A stretch of 64,000 nt of DNA from Eledone cirrhosa (Eukaryota): positions 120,528,001 to 120,592,000 of the forward strand of contig OZ024745.1 in assembly GCA_964016885.1 (NCBI GenBank), read 5' to 3'. Under the pieces are notes generated by a model. The model worked only from the letters and a program-made list of their open reading frames with translations. It searched no databases and was not told the origin of the DNA. Below are positions 13,175 to 26,328 of this stretch, piece by piece. The first letter of the stretch is position 1, and every line of letters begins with the position of its first letter. Both the position numbers and the translations under genes were made by a program.

Positions 13175-13322
13175 ATATTTATTAAAATAACAGATTAAAG
13201 TTTAAGCAAAGAATCGCTGCTTTCACCCTTAACGGGATCTTCTGAAACTCTTCAGAAGATCCCGTTAAGGGTGAAAGCAGCGATTTTTTGCTTAAACTTT
13301 AATCTGTTATTTTAATAAATAT
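13175..13322. repeat. ~150-bp near-perfect palindrome with 4-nt loop; single arm also at ~25036-25102
   Basis: atttattaaaataacag...gatcttctgaa-actc-ttcagaagatc...ctgttattttaataaat. Confidence 0.92.
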
Positions 13323-14534
13323 ATATATATATATAACATCAAGTCTACTTTTTCAGGAATGTATAGAATAAGTAAACATATTTAAGATAGAGTGGTATCA
13401 TCAAAATCCCCCAATGAGTCAAAAGTTGAGGGAAGGTGTATATAAACCCATATACAATATGTTTATGTATAATAAACATATACTTTTCACTGTGGGTATT
13501 ATAACTCTTTTCATAATAACCCACCCAAAATAGCATCTTTTCCTACTTAAAACATTCCAACATAATTATATAAGAACATGTTATTATGTTACAACTACAA
13601 TCTTAATAAAATAATATCTTTAATAAATCATTCCCAAATATTTCATTGAATAATTAAAATATAAAGTATTTCATTAGTAAAATGGTAATGAATGAGTTAA
13701 GCTTTGATCAAGTGACAGATACATCATCATCATTGTCATCATTTAACGTCTATCTTCCACGCTAGCATGGGTTAGACGGGTTTGTCCCACTTGAGGCAAG
13801 ATTGGTTGGGTAACCTCAGTATTATGTAAAAGTATTATATACAAATTAGTGTATATTTTTAACCAAGAAGTCTTCTCTTTTCCTGTTTAGGTGTGGGTGT
13901 CGTGTGTATGTGTCATGACATTAACATTATTTTTTTTTAGTAGTGTACCTTCTGTAGAATGTTTGGGAGCCACTGATATGAAGTATAATTGAGTTTTAGT
14001 TTAAATTTAGACAACACTACAAAGCTTGGCTTAGAAATAAGCCCTCCTTCTTCCACTTGTGGTACAAGCAGCTATGAAGAATCACAGCAGAGACAGTAAA
14101 GGTGTCCAAAGTTAAGACATGGAAAGACTTTGGAGTTAAGATGGAATCTGACTTCAGATCAGCAAATAAAGTGACAGTTGGTACCTTATGGATAGATCTG
14201 AACACAGTTACAGACCGGGAGGCCACTAGTATATATATATAATGTAAAAACATATCTATCAATATATATATATACTAGCAGGGAAAGCAGACGTTAAAAT
14301 AATGACAATGAAAGCTATAGCTTTCTAAATATTTATTTATTGGAACATAAAGGTTCTTACAAAGAATAATCATGGAAGGTTTCTAGAGAAATATAAACGC
14401 AACTTTGTATTGTAGAAGCAAGAGTGGTTTCAAGAGTTTAGTATGAAATATTGTTAAGCAATTGAAAGATTCCACCTTAGCATGGCAATCATCAACTATA
14501 GTGTTCCTACTACTCACAGTAGTGAACCATATTT

Positions 14535-14779
14535 CAGGGGCAGTGGAACTAGAGGGGTGGGGGTGCCCACCCATAATTATATTTTTCTCCCCAAACTACC
14601 AAAATACATATTTATTTGTGTAAGCACTACAATTTATGTAGATGTTATGTTTATTACATATCAAAGTTTTTTTTTATATCTTGGTTGGTATTTGATAATA
14701 ATAGCTAAACTAACCACTACAACTAAATTGACCAAATTTGACCTCTCCACCCAATTCAGAAATGCTTCCACCACCCTTG
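14535..14779. mobile_element. TIR-bounded MITE (CAGGG...CCTTG)
   Basis: caggggcagtggaac / gcttccaccacccttg termini; flanked by a 38-bp direct repeat. Confidence 0.5.
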
Positions 14780-16296
14780 CATTCATTTATATAGTGTTCC
14801 TTCTACTCACAGCAGAGAACCATATTTATCCATTTTACCTATTTACAACCAAATGGCCTGAGCCAACAGTGCCTGTCTGCCTAATGTTGTTCCAGTGATA
14901 AGATATTTTGGGATGATTTCTCAATTGATAAGGTATTGTTCTGTCATTTGTTCAGGTATAACTCTCAATGGGAATGGTTTCTAATTTAGAGGCAAAAGGT
15001 TAGAAATTTGGGGCGAAAGGGTAAATAGATTATATTGGCTCTGTACTTGAGTAGTACTTTATTTTATTGACCCAAGAATGATGAAAGGCAAAGTTGACTT
15101 TGGTAGGATTTGAATTCAGAACATAAATATAAAGTCTCTCTCACACTTAAATGCTACAAAGCACTTTGTCTGATACCATAACGATTATGTCAATCCACCA
15201 TCCTCATGACTCTTAGTGACAATAAACATTTATATTCCTCAGATGAAATATAGCGTTTTGATAAAACAATTGGTGGCCTTCATAGAAATCAGCCTTACAT
15301 CACGGTTTAGGAATTTCTTTATCATTTGTAATAATGAATAATAGAGATAACATAATCAAACTCCAGGTATTAGCATACCTGGAGTGTTACCATTGTCAAA
15401 ACATGGTGGTGATTGCAGCATAACACTTAACATTTTTATCAATACAAAAAAAAAGATAAGGTATGATCTTTAACCTTTTTGTTTCCAACCCGGCCCAAAC
15501 CAGCTCTGATTCTCTGAAATAAAATCACCCATTTTAAAGGTTTTCAATTTAAATTAAATTCTTCTAGCTTAATCTTATATAAGAACATTACATTAAGTTA
15601 CTATCTTAGTAATGAAATAATTGATGATTTTTATAAATCCCTCAAAATTGGTCATTAACTAATTGAAATAGAGTGTATTATATAAAAATATGGTCATGAA
15701 AGGGTTAAAGATATTACTTTACAAAATTAATTTTGTTTTTTTATTATTATTAAAATTTGATTCATCAAATTTTCATCTTACTGATTTCAAAGATTCTTTT
15801 TATCTGAGCAAAGAAAAGAAGCAGCTGATGCCTGTTGCTTCAGAAAGAACAAAAGAAAAAAAATCTAAATAAACTTTTTTTAAAGACTAAGTAAAACAAG
15901 AAAAAAAAAAGATTATTGAAGGACTTTTAAGATCCCATATTCCATAAAAAAAAGAAAAGAAAATCAATACTACTAGAGATACGCAACCATGCATATACTA
16001 TTAAATAAAAGATGCAAACTATAAAACAACATTTCAGTAAACCTAGGAAAGATTAGTTTACACTGATAAATCTCAAGTTTTTTCAATATTTTTACAATAG
16101 AAGAAAAAATAAATGCATTCAGCTGTTAGAAATTTGCAGAAAAGCTATTAGAACTCAACACATCAGTATAGAAATTAAACTGAAAGTAGAAGAATAAAAG
16201 TAAAAAAAGATATATCTAAAAATAATTCCAAACAAATTATGTTCTATGATTTCAGAAGTTTTCAATGAATTTCAGTTTGGAATGTAATAACCTTAC

Positions 16297-16320
16297 CCGA
16301 GTAGGTTCATTCCCACCCAC
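16297..16320 (-). CDS. Candidate 24-nt microexon, phase 0->0, VGGNEPTR
   Basis: Donor CGG|gtaagg. Upstream pyrimidine tract tcattcttcccttcctatttattagggtgtgtag|. The second AG keeps frame; the first AG gives an in-frame TAG. Confidence 0.35.
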
Positions 16321-17427
16321 CTACACACCCTAATAAATAGGAAGGGAAGAATGATTAAATTCCAATACTAACAAATACTTCTGACAGTAAAAAGAGTTTA
16401 AGTTTTGTAATTGGATGACAAATCTACCATTATATAACTAGAAAATAGAAAAAATGATGATTTCTATAAATAGAAGAACCAAATCAACTTTTTTTATATT
16501 TGGAAAAAAGAGAGAGTAAATATTCAATCAACTTCAGAACTTACAGATATTTAATGGTTTTAAAGGGATTAATAGTAATTTTAGTTCCCAACCATTTGTA
16601 ATCATAATAAAATGTAATGAACTAAGTGCATAGATACCATTGAGTTCAATAGTCCAGTCTCTGACTTTTCCAACAACTTTATAAAAGAAATAATTTCTTC
16701 CTTAGACATAAACAGAACTCTGTCTTTTAGAGTGGAGAAAAGATATAATGAATTCATTTGCCCTAATTTCCCACCTCAGTATATTCCTTAGTTTGTTCCC
16801 CAACCTCATCAGTTTTACATGTTTTTCTATACTACATGAGTTGATTGAAGAAGGCAAGAGATTGTCTAGGTTTCTAGTGACATTAAGTGATTCAGAATAC
16901 AAGATTCCTCTTTGGACAAGACACTAGTCTGTCATAAAGTTAGCCAGAGCTGATGTTAATACATATTTTCAGCTGAGCAGACTAGAATGATGTTCTTTGG
17001 TCAAGTAGCCCTAGTCAAGGGATTGAATCAATCACCTTACAATTGTGTGACCAACACCCGAACCACTAAGCTGCATGCTTTTAATATATTCCCTTCTACT
17101 TATTCCAAAGAATAAATACATGAAAGGTTGTTACTGAGGATATTTGAATCTAACTCTTTAGCATTTACATTACTCTATATTTACTATTGTATTTTCACAG
17201 TAAACACTTTATCTCACATAATATCGAATCTATGAGATTTTGATATTGTTTATTCTGAGAACAATACCTTAACATAAGTATGAGCAACTGATTACGACCG
17301 GTTTAAACAGAAAGAAGTGAGAGAATTCAGGCCGGATACAGCCAGTTTAAATGCTAAAGAGTTAAAGATGTGAGGTACCAAACTAAACACCATAAACACC
17401 AACCTTACAAGAATTTATAGATGTGAG

Positions 17428-17556
17428 GTACCAAACTAAACACCATGTATACCAACCTTACCAAACTAAACACCATGTACACCAACCATACCAAACTAAA
17501 CACCATGTATACCAACCATACCAAACTAAACACCATTATATACCAACCATACCAAA
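17428..17556. repeat. Minisatellite, 30-bp unit, ~4 copies
   Basis: accaaactaaacaccatgtataccaaccat units. Confidence 0.9.
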
Positions 17557-17864
17557 ATAACAAGTAATGGAATAGTAAAAGCCACAAATGACAAAACAAT
17601 GACCTGATTGATCAGACATTTACTTAAGCTACAAAGTATCTGAATAATAGGATTGTGTTCACTGCTGCAGATGCTAGTCATTTGAACCAATAATAAAGCT
17701 ACTGTCTTCTACACTCTTGTTAAAACAGGTAGTATGTTGATGTAATACTTAGAGTAATGTGGGAAGTGAATTGGCAGAACTATTAGAACGGCAGGGGAAA
17801 TGTTTTGTAGCATATAGTTATGACCCTCTACATTCTGAGTTCAAATTTGCCTTTCATTTTTCAG

Positions 17865-18700
17865 ATGAAAGTGACTGAGTTAGTGGTGGACAACGTATCA
17901 CAGCATGTGGTACGCCAGATGAAGGATTTATCTCCTTCAAATAGGAAGACGGTAATTCTGTGGGGGTGTTCGCAGTTGGGGCCTGCTGGTACTAGTTGTG
18001 ATAGGAAGCCAGTTTCTTCCAGGCTCCTTTTCAATGTCATTGAAAGTGGCATGTCAGGGGAACTGGCCTGCACTCTGGCAGCATGACAGTGGGTGCAGGC
18101 CAAACTTGTCAACAACAGCCCCAAAATGGTATTTTTGTGGCTCACAAATGTGGAAGCCAAGGCGTTGGGCCACTCTGGTGCAAGTGTACTTATCATCAAG
18201 AAGGGTACCGGTTGATGAGGAGGGCATTGAATTGAGCCACACACTGTTATTTGAATGTGAAGAGAAGGCAGGTGAGGCGATGTTAGTCCAAGCCTGATAC
18301 AATCCACCTGAATGAAGACGTGCACTTAATGTTATCCCAGTTATGTTGGACAATTGTATACTGGGGGGATAGAGAAGCTTTCACCTGCCCAGTCAACCAA
18401 AGCCCGCTCAAGTTCTGAGGCCATTTCAGGTTTAGCTGTCTTGTTGGGGACCTCATTGATGAGGGTGTGACTGGAGGACATTGAGAAGTAAGCCAGTAGT
18501 GCCAGATTTGGAGGGAGCTTCACCTGTTGCCAGCCATTGCAAATGAGTTCTGTACAGCGTCGGGTAGTGGCGTCGAGTTCACCGAGTTAATCTGCATGAA
18601 GGTGACAAGGTGCACCACACAGCATGAACAAAAATTTTGGAAGGGTGAAGCAGTTCCTCAAGAGGAACTGCCGGTGAGTGTCAATGAGGCACAACCTCTC
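17865..18700 (-). mobile_element. Decayed CRE-clade (restriction-like endonuclease) non-LTR retrotransposon, C-terminal region
   Basis: WLNSMPSSSTGTLLDD...VAQRLGFHICEP...VDKFGLHPLSC resembles the WL.a.P...RLG...C.CG..vD..G.H.LsC zinc-knuckle region; stops and frameshifts present. Confidence 0.65.
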
Positions 18701-18749
18701 TGCCATTTATGATAGCTCTATTTATTTAGGTGGAGCTGTCATTGAGAGA

Positions 18750-19080
18750 AACAGCTGTCTAGTTGTTCAAATAGTGTATATGTGAAATAGAGATTCATTC
18801 CATTTGAAATAGTGCTATTTGTTGTTAATTATTTCCCTATTATGTTGTGGAAAAGGCAGATATCCAGTTGCAAAATTTTTACATTAGTTATCCATGCTAT
18901 ATCCATGTATTGATCCATAACTCCTTGTAGAACTAAATGTAGATATTTATAGAGAGTGAGAGAGTGTATTAGACTTAGATATAGAAAGTGGGATAAGAGA
19001 GGCGATGTCATAGTAGATATAGAGTGGAGTAGAATTTGGTTTTAGTAGATGCAGAAAAGAGGATCCACTGCCTGGCTATC
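18750..19080 (-). mobile_element. Decayed Penelope-like element RT C-terminal fragment; similar fragment on + at ~61180-61400
   Basis: Degenerate ipyS...ricS...rGYP-type motifs (QGYP at ~61310); heavily mutated. Confidence 0.4.
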
Positions 19081-20188
19081 GGGTAGAGATATAGTAATAA
19101 TATAATGCTCTAACTATTCTGCTTCACATGACAGGTGCAATGTGTCCGAACACGGGGTGGAGTCATACAGATGCAGTAGTGACACAGCATTTCTTGAGCA
19201 TTTTAAACTTGGCAGAGCATATCCCTCTCCATGTCTGAACACAGCTGATTTCTTCCAGAGAAGGAGAGAGGGATGAAAAGGAGGTGAGAAAGAGATATAG
19301 AAGAAGAATCAACCCCAGTACTAGACTGGTACTTTTTTAATCAACTTTGAAAGGATGACAGGCAAAGTTGACCTTGATGGGATTTGAACTCAGAATGCAG
19401 AGAATCAGAATGAATACTGCAAATCATTCTATCCAATGTTCTAATCACTCTGCCAATTCACTGCCTTTATTCATGCTATGGAAGCTATTATATCACATGA
19501 GTTAAACACATTATAAAATTGAAACAGAAACAAGTAAGCATTTTCTGCCTTTTCACTGATCAAAGCTGTTAGGATAAGATATAAGAGAGAGAAAGAAAGA
19601 ATTGTAAATCATTTAATGGTGGCTTCAGAGGGAGATAAACAAATGTTATATTTTCATGAATAACATCATCAGTAGTAGTAAACGGATTGATAGTCAAAGG
19701 ATCACTATGATAGAAAAAAGAGGTGGCTTCTGCAAATATTTACAAACATTATTTAAATACCTAGAAAATATGTTTTAATACCAAAAGGAGCCAATTACAA
19801 ATAGAAACTTTATTGAAAATAAAAGATAAAAAATTTCATAGTAAGAAAGAAAAAAAAAAGGAATGAAATCATGAAAGTAAAAGGAAATGGAGAAGGAAGA
19901 TGTTGACTCTATACCCCCTGGTTAGGCAATATATCTCAGCTAGGCCATGTGAACAAGATAGCAAAAGCATTGCCACCAATTAACCCTTTAGCATTTAAAC
20001 CGGCCGTATCCGGACAGAATTCTCTCACCTCTTTCTGTTCAAACCGGCCATAACCAGCCACTTATATTGACATTATGGTATTGTTTTCAAAATAAATAAT
20101 AACATCATCAAAATCTTGTAGATTCCATATTATGTGAGATAATTATATTAGATAAAGCCTTTAACCATGAAAATATAATAGTAGAGTA

Positions 20189-20529
20189 ATCATCATCATC
20201 ATCATCATTTTACGTCCGCTTTCCCTGCTTGCAAGGGTGGGACGGGAACTGATTCTGGCTTGATTTCTACAGCTGGATGCCCTTCCTAACACCAACCTCA
20301 TTTACAGTGAGTGCTGGGTGCTTTTTTGCCGTGGCACCTCCACGACCACTTTGCAGTGGAATGATAGGGGCATCAGTCCCTATCATCTCATTTCTACAGC
20401 TGAGTGAACTGGAGCAATGTGAAATAAAGTGTCTTGCTCAAGGAAACAACACATCACCTGGTCTGAGAATTGAACTCACAACCTTTCGATTGCAAGGCCA
20501 ATGCTCTAACCACTAAGCCATGTGCCTCC
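20189..20529 (-). mobile_element. Young composite tRNA-SINE (V-domain-like core, (GAT)n tail) inserted in a TTAA MITE; close copies 57021-57378 (+), 26905-27202 (-), 27403-27700 (+)
   Basis: ggaggcacatggcttagtggttagagc...gagttcaattctc (A/B boxes), ccttgagcaagacact core. ORFs 20277..20516 and 57033..57272 differ by only a few residues. Confidence 0.88.
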
Positions 20530-22607
20530 ATAATGTAAATACTAAAGAGTTAATTATATAACATCTGACGTTTCCAAAACCATATTCCAACTATGTTCTT
20601 AAAAATCTTAAAAGATCAATATAATTTATGATTAAAAAAGAAAACAGAAATTAAATATTGGTAGCCTACTAAGCCAGTACTAAATGAGTAAGAACTGAAG
20701 GGTTAAACTAGTGTATTATACTTGTTAAACCTATTTAACATCTACTAATAAATAGGCAAGTAGCAAATATGAGTAATTTGCATGATTTAGTCCATGCCAC
20801 TTCATTTAAGAAATTGAAGCAGAGTCATTAATAATCAAGTGTTAGAGAGTGACAGAACTGGATATGTCTATGAATCAGACAAAATTCTAAGTTTATGTCA
20901 TTCCACATGCAAGTTCCATATTTAGGACACTTTTTTATTTTTAAATTGATGGCTTTAACATTTTTCAACCAGCCTTGCTGAAAAATCTAATAACATTAAA
21001 TTCAGATTTATTTATCTTGAGTGGGTAAACTGAAGAAAATATTGACTTAGAATCACACTAAGATGATATTAACTAACTATATATATCATGAGGAATCTAT
21101 TATGAATTAATAGCTAAGACTTTAACCCCTTTAATAGTAAACTGCCTGAAACAACACCTGGCTCTATGATACAGAGTTGTTTATTTTAAAGTAAATTTAT
21201 TTAAAAATCATCCATGATAATTTTATATAAGAACCTTTGTTAAGTTATGCTCCAAACACCAGATAAATGAGAAACTTACTGTATGTAAACCCCTCAAAAT
21301 TCTTGATTATTTTCAAAATTATTTAAAATTCATAGGTAGTGTATTTCTTTAGAAATATGGTAATGAAATGGTTAATATAATTGATATTAGACAATATACA
21401 CTGTAATCTGAGAAAAGAAAATACCAGACACTCTAGAGTTCAATCTGTAACAAGTTCTTCTACAAGTGATATATCAGTGGTTATATTGCACTTTTACTGG
21501 TTTCAGTGACTAGACTGCGACTATGCTAGGACACCATCTTCAAGAGTTTCAGTTGATTATATTGACTCCCAGGTATTTATATGAATTTTATAAGAAACAA
21601 GCAAATCATCTTTGAGAAAAAGAGGGGCAAAGTCAGTCAAAACTAAATGCCAGAAGACATTTGCACAGAGAGATGAAACCTTGAGTCATATGTGAACATA
21701 TAAAATAAAGCTTGATGAAATTTACAGTTTCCCTAAATAAAGAGCAAAATGTAATGAAATATACAGTGTTCCAATTATTTGGTCCCATAGGGAAATGATC
21801 CATGCCAGGGTGGGTTATACAAGTAGTAATTACACAACTGTACTGATATCTAGTAAATGTGAAACTACAATATGATTTACTCCTAATTCTCCATCACAGT
21901 CTAGAATATTGCAGACAGTATATATACACCCCAACCCACTACCCCTACTCCATCCTTCCACTTTCTCTGTACCACAGAACATCCAGTCCACACTGTAAAG
22001 TGGTCGTGTAAGTGACACGACAAAAAGCACCCAGTCCACACTGTAAAGTGGTCGTGTAGGGGACACGGTAAAAAGGCTCCCAGTCCACACTGTAAATGTG
22101 GTTAGAAGGGCATCCAGCCGTAGAAAACCTGCCAGATACGAGCGAGACACGGTCACCCAACCAATCTTGCCTTAAGTAGGACAATTCCCGTCTAACCCAT
22201 GCTAGCATGGAAGAAGAAGAAGAAGAAGAAGAAGAAGAAGAAGAAGAAGAAGAAGAAGGTTCTAAGTCTGGATTCAATAGAGGAGAAAGTTTAATGGATG
22301 GGAACATTTTGAGTATGACTTAAGGATCACAATGCCTATAGTGGTTCAATTAACTTCATAGTCCTCTATTCTATTATTAATATATATGCATGTGTATTAA
22401 ATGAGGGACATGAATAAAACATCTTGCTATTTCCATCAATTTTACAGTATACTGCTTATGTTGGTGAACTACAATACACAGTTACAAGAGACCTGTCAAT
22501 TTGAACTTACTGTTGTGAACTTATATAATTACTATAAACAAAAAGTTTCTAAAAAGTTATGCAAAGCACAAAACACCTTAATGCATTCTTGTTCAATAAC
22601 ACAATAA

Positions 22608-22975
22608 GCTTACTGAATATTGATTTACATAATGAACCAGTATTACTGAATACTGATTTACATAATGAGCTAGTATCACTGAATATTGATTTACATAATG
22701 AGCTAGTATTACTGAATATTGATTTACATAATGAACCAGTATTACTGAATACTGATTTACATAATGAGCCAGTATTACTGAATACTGATTTACATAATGA
22801 ACTAGTATTACTGAATATTGATTTACATAATGAGCCAGTATTACTGAATACTGATTTACATAATGAGCCAGTATTACTGAATACTGATTTACATAATGAA
22901 CTAGTATTACTGAATATTGATTTACATAATGAGCCAGTATTACTGAATACTGATTTACATAATGAGTCAGTATTT
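22608..22975. repeat. Minisatellite, 33-bp unit, ~11 copies
   Basis: gtattactgaata(c/t)tgatttacataatgagcca units. Confidence 0.95.
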
Positions 22976-25261
22976 TTGTTAGCTCTAAGCAGGAATGACA
23001 AAAATCATAAAATGGAACTAAAGGTAACTAACTGAGGTAGGGAAAATGGTTCCTGATTGGAATCTATCCTCATGTTTAGGATTTAATGCAGTTGTTTTTT
23101 TTTAGAGAGTTTAAAAGAAAAAAGCCCAACAGAAAATGTGAAATGATAAAACAAGGACAATATTGATTTCAAATTTGGACATGAGGCCTGAAAATTTTTT
23201 GGAAAGAGCAATGTTGATTAAATCAACTCCAGTATTTGACGGGTACTTTGTTTTATTGACCCCGGAATAATGAAAGGCAGTGTTGATCTTGGTGGGATTT
23301 GAACTCAGAATGCAAAGAATCAGAACAAATACAGCAATGATATATTATCCGACAGTCTATTAACCTCTACTTGATTACTTGATTACATGTAATTATAGTT
23401 AGGAATGAGGTATGGAAATATTAGGTATGGCACAAAATGAAAACTTACTCATTTCAGAAATACAGGGTTTGCTAATGTGTAAAGTAATGTGTAAAGTAAT
23501 GTGTAATGTGTAAAATAACTAGTTATATAAAAATGAACACACAACAATACAGAACTACTCACCTAATTTGTAGAATTATAGAAAAACTGATAGCAATGGC
23601 ATTGTAGAGAGGGTTTAACCCTTTAGCATTTACATTACTCTATATTTACTGTTGTATTTTCGCAGTAAAAGCTTTACTTCACATAATTATCTCACATAAT
23701 ATCAAATCTATGAGATTTTGATATTATTTAGAGAACAATACCTTAATATCAGTAAGGGTGGATGGTTATGGCCAGTTTGAACGGAAAGAGGTGGGAGAAT
23801 TCTGGCCAGATATGGCCGGTTTAAATACGATGGAGTTAAGTGAATTGGTGAACAATCACTTAATGTTTTACAATAAAACATTTTTTTTAAAGATCAGCTA
23901 AACACATTTCCATATACACAAATTCATAATTGAAAAAACAAAACATGTCAATGACAATACATTTCAAAAATGTCTTAAAATAAAATTTGTAAATTAGATT
24001 TTAAAAAACATATACAGATATCAAATATAAATATATTGTGTAAGCAATAAAGGCAGTCTATGATGTAAAGGCATAACACATAAAACTAACATCAAAAACC
24101 TACAAGAAATATCTACAAATAGGCACTAGTTACACACAATAGTTAAAAAGAAGGAAATGCTTGACTGATAAAAAGCCATTTTGAAGAGGGGGATTTGTGC
24201 AAAGTAGTGCATGTGAGTGAGTGTAGATGTGTGTGATATTCTAAGAAGAAAAAGCAGTGTCCATAGCTTTATGGGTTATCCTAAATATTGTGATATTAAT
24301 AAATGTTTCTACTTTTGTCACAAGGCCAGCAATTATCCCAGTACATTACTGGTACTTTATTTTATTGACCCTGTAAGGATGAAAGGCAAAGTTAACCATG
24401 GTGGGATTTGAACTCAGAACGTAAAGAGCCATAACTCTATGCTGCAAAGCATGCTGTCTGATGCTCTACCAATATTGCCAATCCACCAGAGAGGTGAGGA
24501 TGATTGAGGATGAATTGCAATAGTTGGTTGAAAAGACTGACAAGAAAGGAGATCGAAAGAGATGCAGTTATGAGGAAGAAGGATTGAGCTACATATTTCA
24601 GGTAGAATTTGAAAAGAAATTGTGCATAAGGAGAAGTGATTGTAAGGAGTTGTTCTAAGGGGGAAAAAACTGACAAGGTCAACAGGTCCATAGAGAGAGA
24701 ATGCAATGCCTAAATGGGCTAATGGTTCATGATTGAAGATACCAACAATTTAATTGGTATGGAGTTAATAGTTTAGCCCTTTAGCGTTTACATTATTCTA
24801 TATATACTATTGTATTTTCATGGTAAAGGCTTTACCTAACATAATTATCTCACATAATATCGAATCTATGAGATTTTGACATTATTTATTTTAGAACAAT
24901 ACCTTGACATAAGTATGAGCAGCCAGATACAGCCAGTTTAAATGCTAAAGGGTTAAATTCAGCTGAGAAAAATATCAAGTTGATATATATATATACAAAG
25001 TCACACAAATATACGTATAGTAATATTAATAAATGTGAAGATCCTGTTAAGGGTGAAAGTAGCGATTCTTTGCTTAAACTTTAATCTGTTATCCTAATAA
25101 ATGTATATATATATATATATATATTAGAAAGTGAGGTTTTTTTTACAAAATGAAAAATAACCGAGGTGTCCTACACGAGTGAAAGTATAAAGAAAAAGAG
25201 ATGAAATCGAAAATGCAACTGGAGTCTTATTTTTTTTAAAAATATATATATTTATTTGGTT

Positions 25262-25299
25262 CCTTTACCGGTTTCGCAGTTCTTCTGCTTTTCAAAAGG
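25262..25299 (-). ncRNA. Minimal type I hammerhead motif, U3-A8 core variant
   Basis: Minus strand cctt-TTGAAAA-gcag aagaa ctgc-GAAA-ccgg-TA-aagg; all three stems pair perfectly. Confidence 0.7.
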
Positions 25300-25361
25300 T
25301 GAGTTGAGATGGAGGGTCTGTAGTTTTTCTCACAGTTGCATTTTCGATTTCATCTCTTTTT

Positions 25362-25413
<52 letters not shown>

Positions 25414-25510
25414 TAGGTAATTCCGAAGGAAAAGCAAAGGAAAAAAGAGTGCTCTATGTATAGAACAGAGCTATTTAATTAGATAGTGAACAACACAAAA
25501 TATAACTACT

Positions 25511-25575
25511 TCATTACGAAAGGTTTCTGTATCCCAGACAATATCAATACACGTCTGGATCGGTCATCAGACAGA
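25511..25575 (-). ncRNA. Hammerhead-like core inside a fold-back element
   Basis: Minus strand CTGATGA-cc-gatccagac...gtctgggat-aca-GAAA-c-ctttc-GTA. Stems I and III are weak. Enclosed by inverted arms 25473-25506 and 25579-25610. Confidence 0.45.
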
Positions 25576-25624
25576 GATGTTATTTTGTGTTGGTCACTTT
25601 CTAATTAAATATATAAATATATAT

Positions 25625-25880
25625 CAGGGGCGAAGGTCTGTGCATGTGTTATAGAATCGTGAGTTGATCAATTGCGTCGATTGAAGCAAGCAGAATTTTG
25701 ACTGCTTACTAAAACGTAGACTCAAAAAGATAACACACACACACACTAGATAACACTACATGCGGCTTTGACCGGGAGGGTCATTTAGGAGGAGGGGGGG
25801 GGGGGGGGGGGGCTGCACAGCCCCACTTTCCACCATGGCGATTGGACTGCATGCCCTGCTTTCCAGGTTACCCTTTGCCA

Positions 25881-25883
<3 letters not shown>
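25625..25883. mobile_element. Short TIR element inserted in (TA)n
   Basis: Termini CAGGGGCGAAGG / CCTTTGCCACTG; internal G19 run. Confidence 0.55.
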
Positions 25884-25917
<34 letters not shown>

Positions 25918-26178
25918 GCGTCCCTTAGCGCCTTATGCGTGAAGGAACACATATCCTATTATTACTACTCTCCGCTATTGTTGAGAGACAAATTGGGTTG
26001 TTCCGACTGCTGCTAGTGATAGTTGCGGCCGGTTTGACCTACCTCCCTCTGCCTCTATCTTTACTTCGGCCCTTGAAAAAATTGATTCCACTTCATTCAC
26101 TCTCATCTCAGGAACAGTTTTGGATAGCGCTAGTTCGTAATTTAAATTCAAGAATTTTATATTCTTCGAATGAAAAGA

Positions 26179-26261
26179 ACCTTCTGACGAGAATCTTTCT
26201 TTGCAACGAAGGCCGTATGGTCTCCGTTTATTTTTGGGATTCGAAACCGATCGGTAAAGGT
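26179..26261 (+). ncRNA. Type I hammerhead ribozyme motif with intact core
   Basis: acctt-CTGACGA-gaatctt...gggattc-GAAA-ccgatcgg-TA-aaggt: 5-bp stem I, 7-bp stem II, palindromic stem III, GUA triplet (cut after 26256). Confidence 0.85.
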
Positions 26262-26328
26262 AACTATAGTAGGTAAAGTCAATTTTTTAAAATTTATTTT
26301 GAAACTTTTTCATTATTTGCTAAACCTT

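Noticed and set aside
22549-23035. 150-aa and 158-aa repeat ORFs on both strands
   Set aside because: 33-bp minisatellite that is open by chance.
25794-25812. Poly-G runs (also ~531, 32143, 51983) as G-quadruplex signals
   Set aside because: Homopolymers within repeats; lengths are unreliable and there is no functional context.
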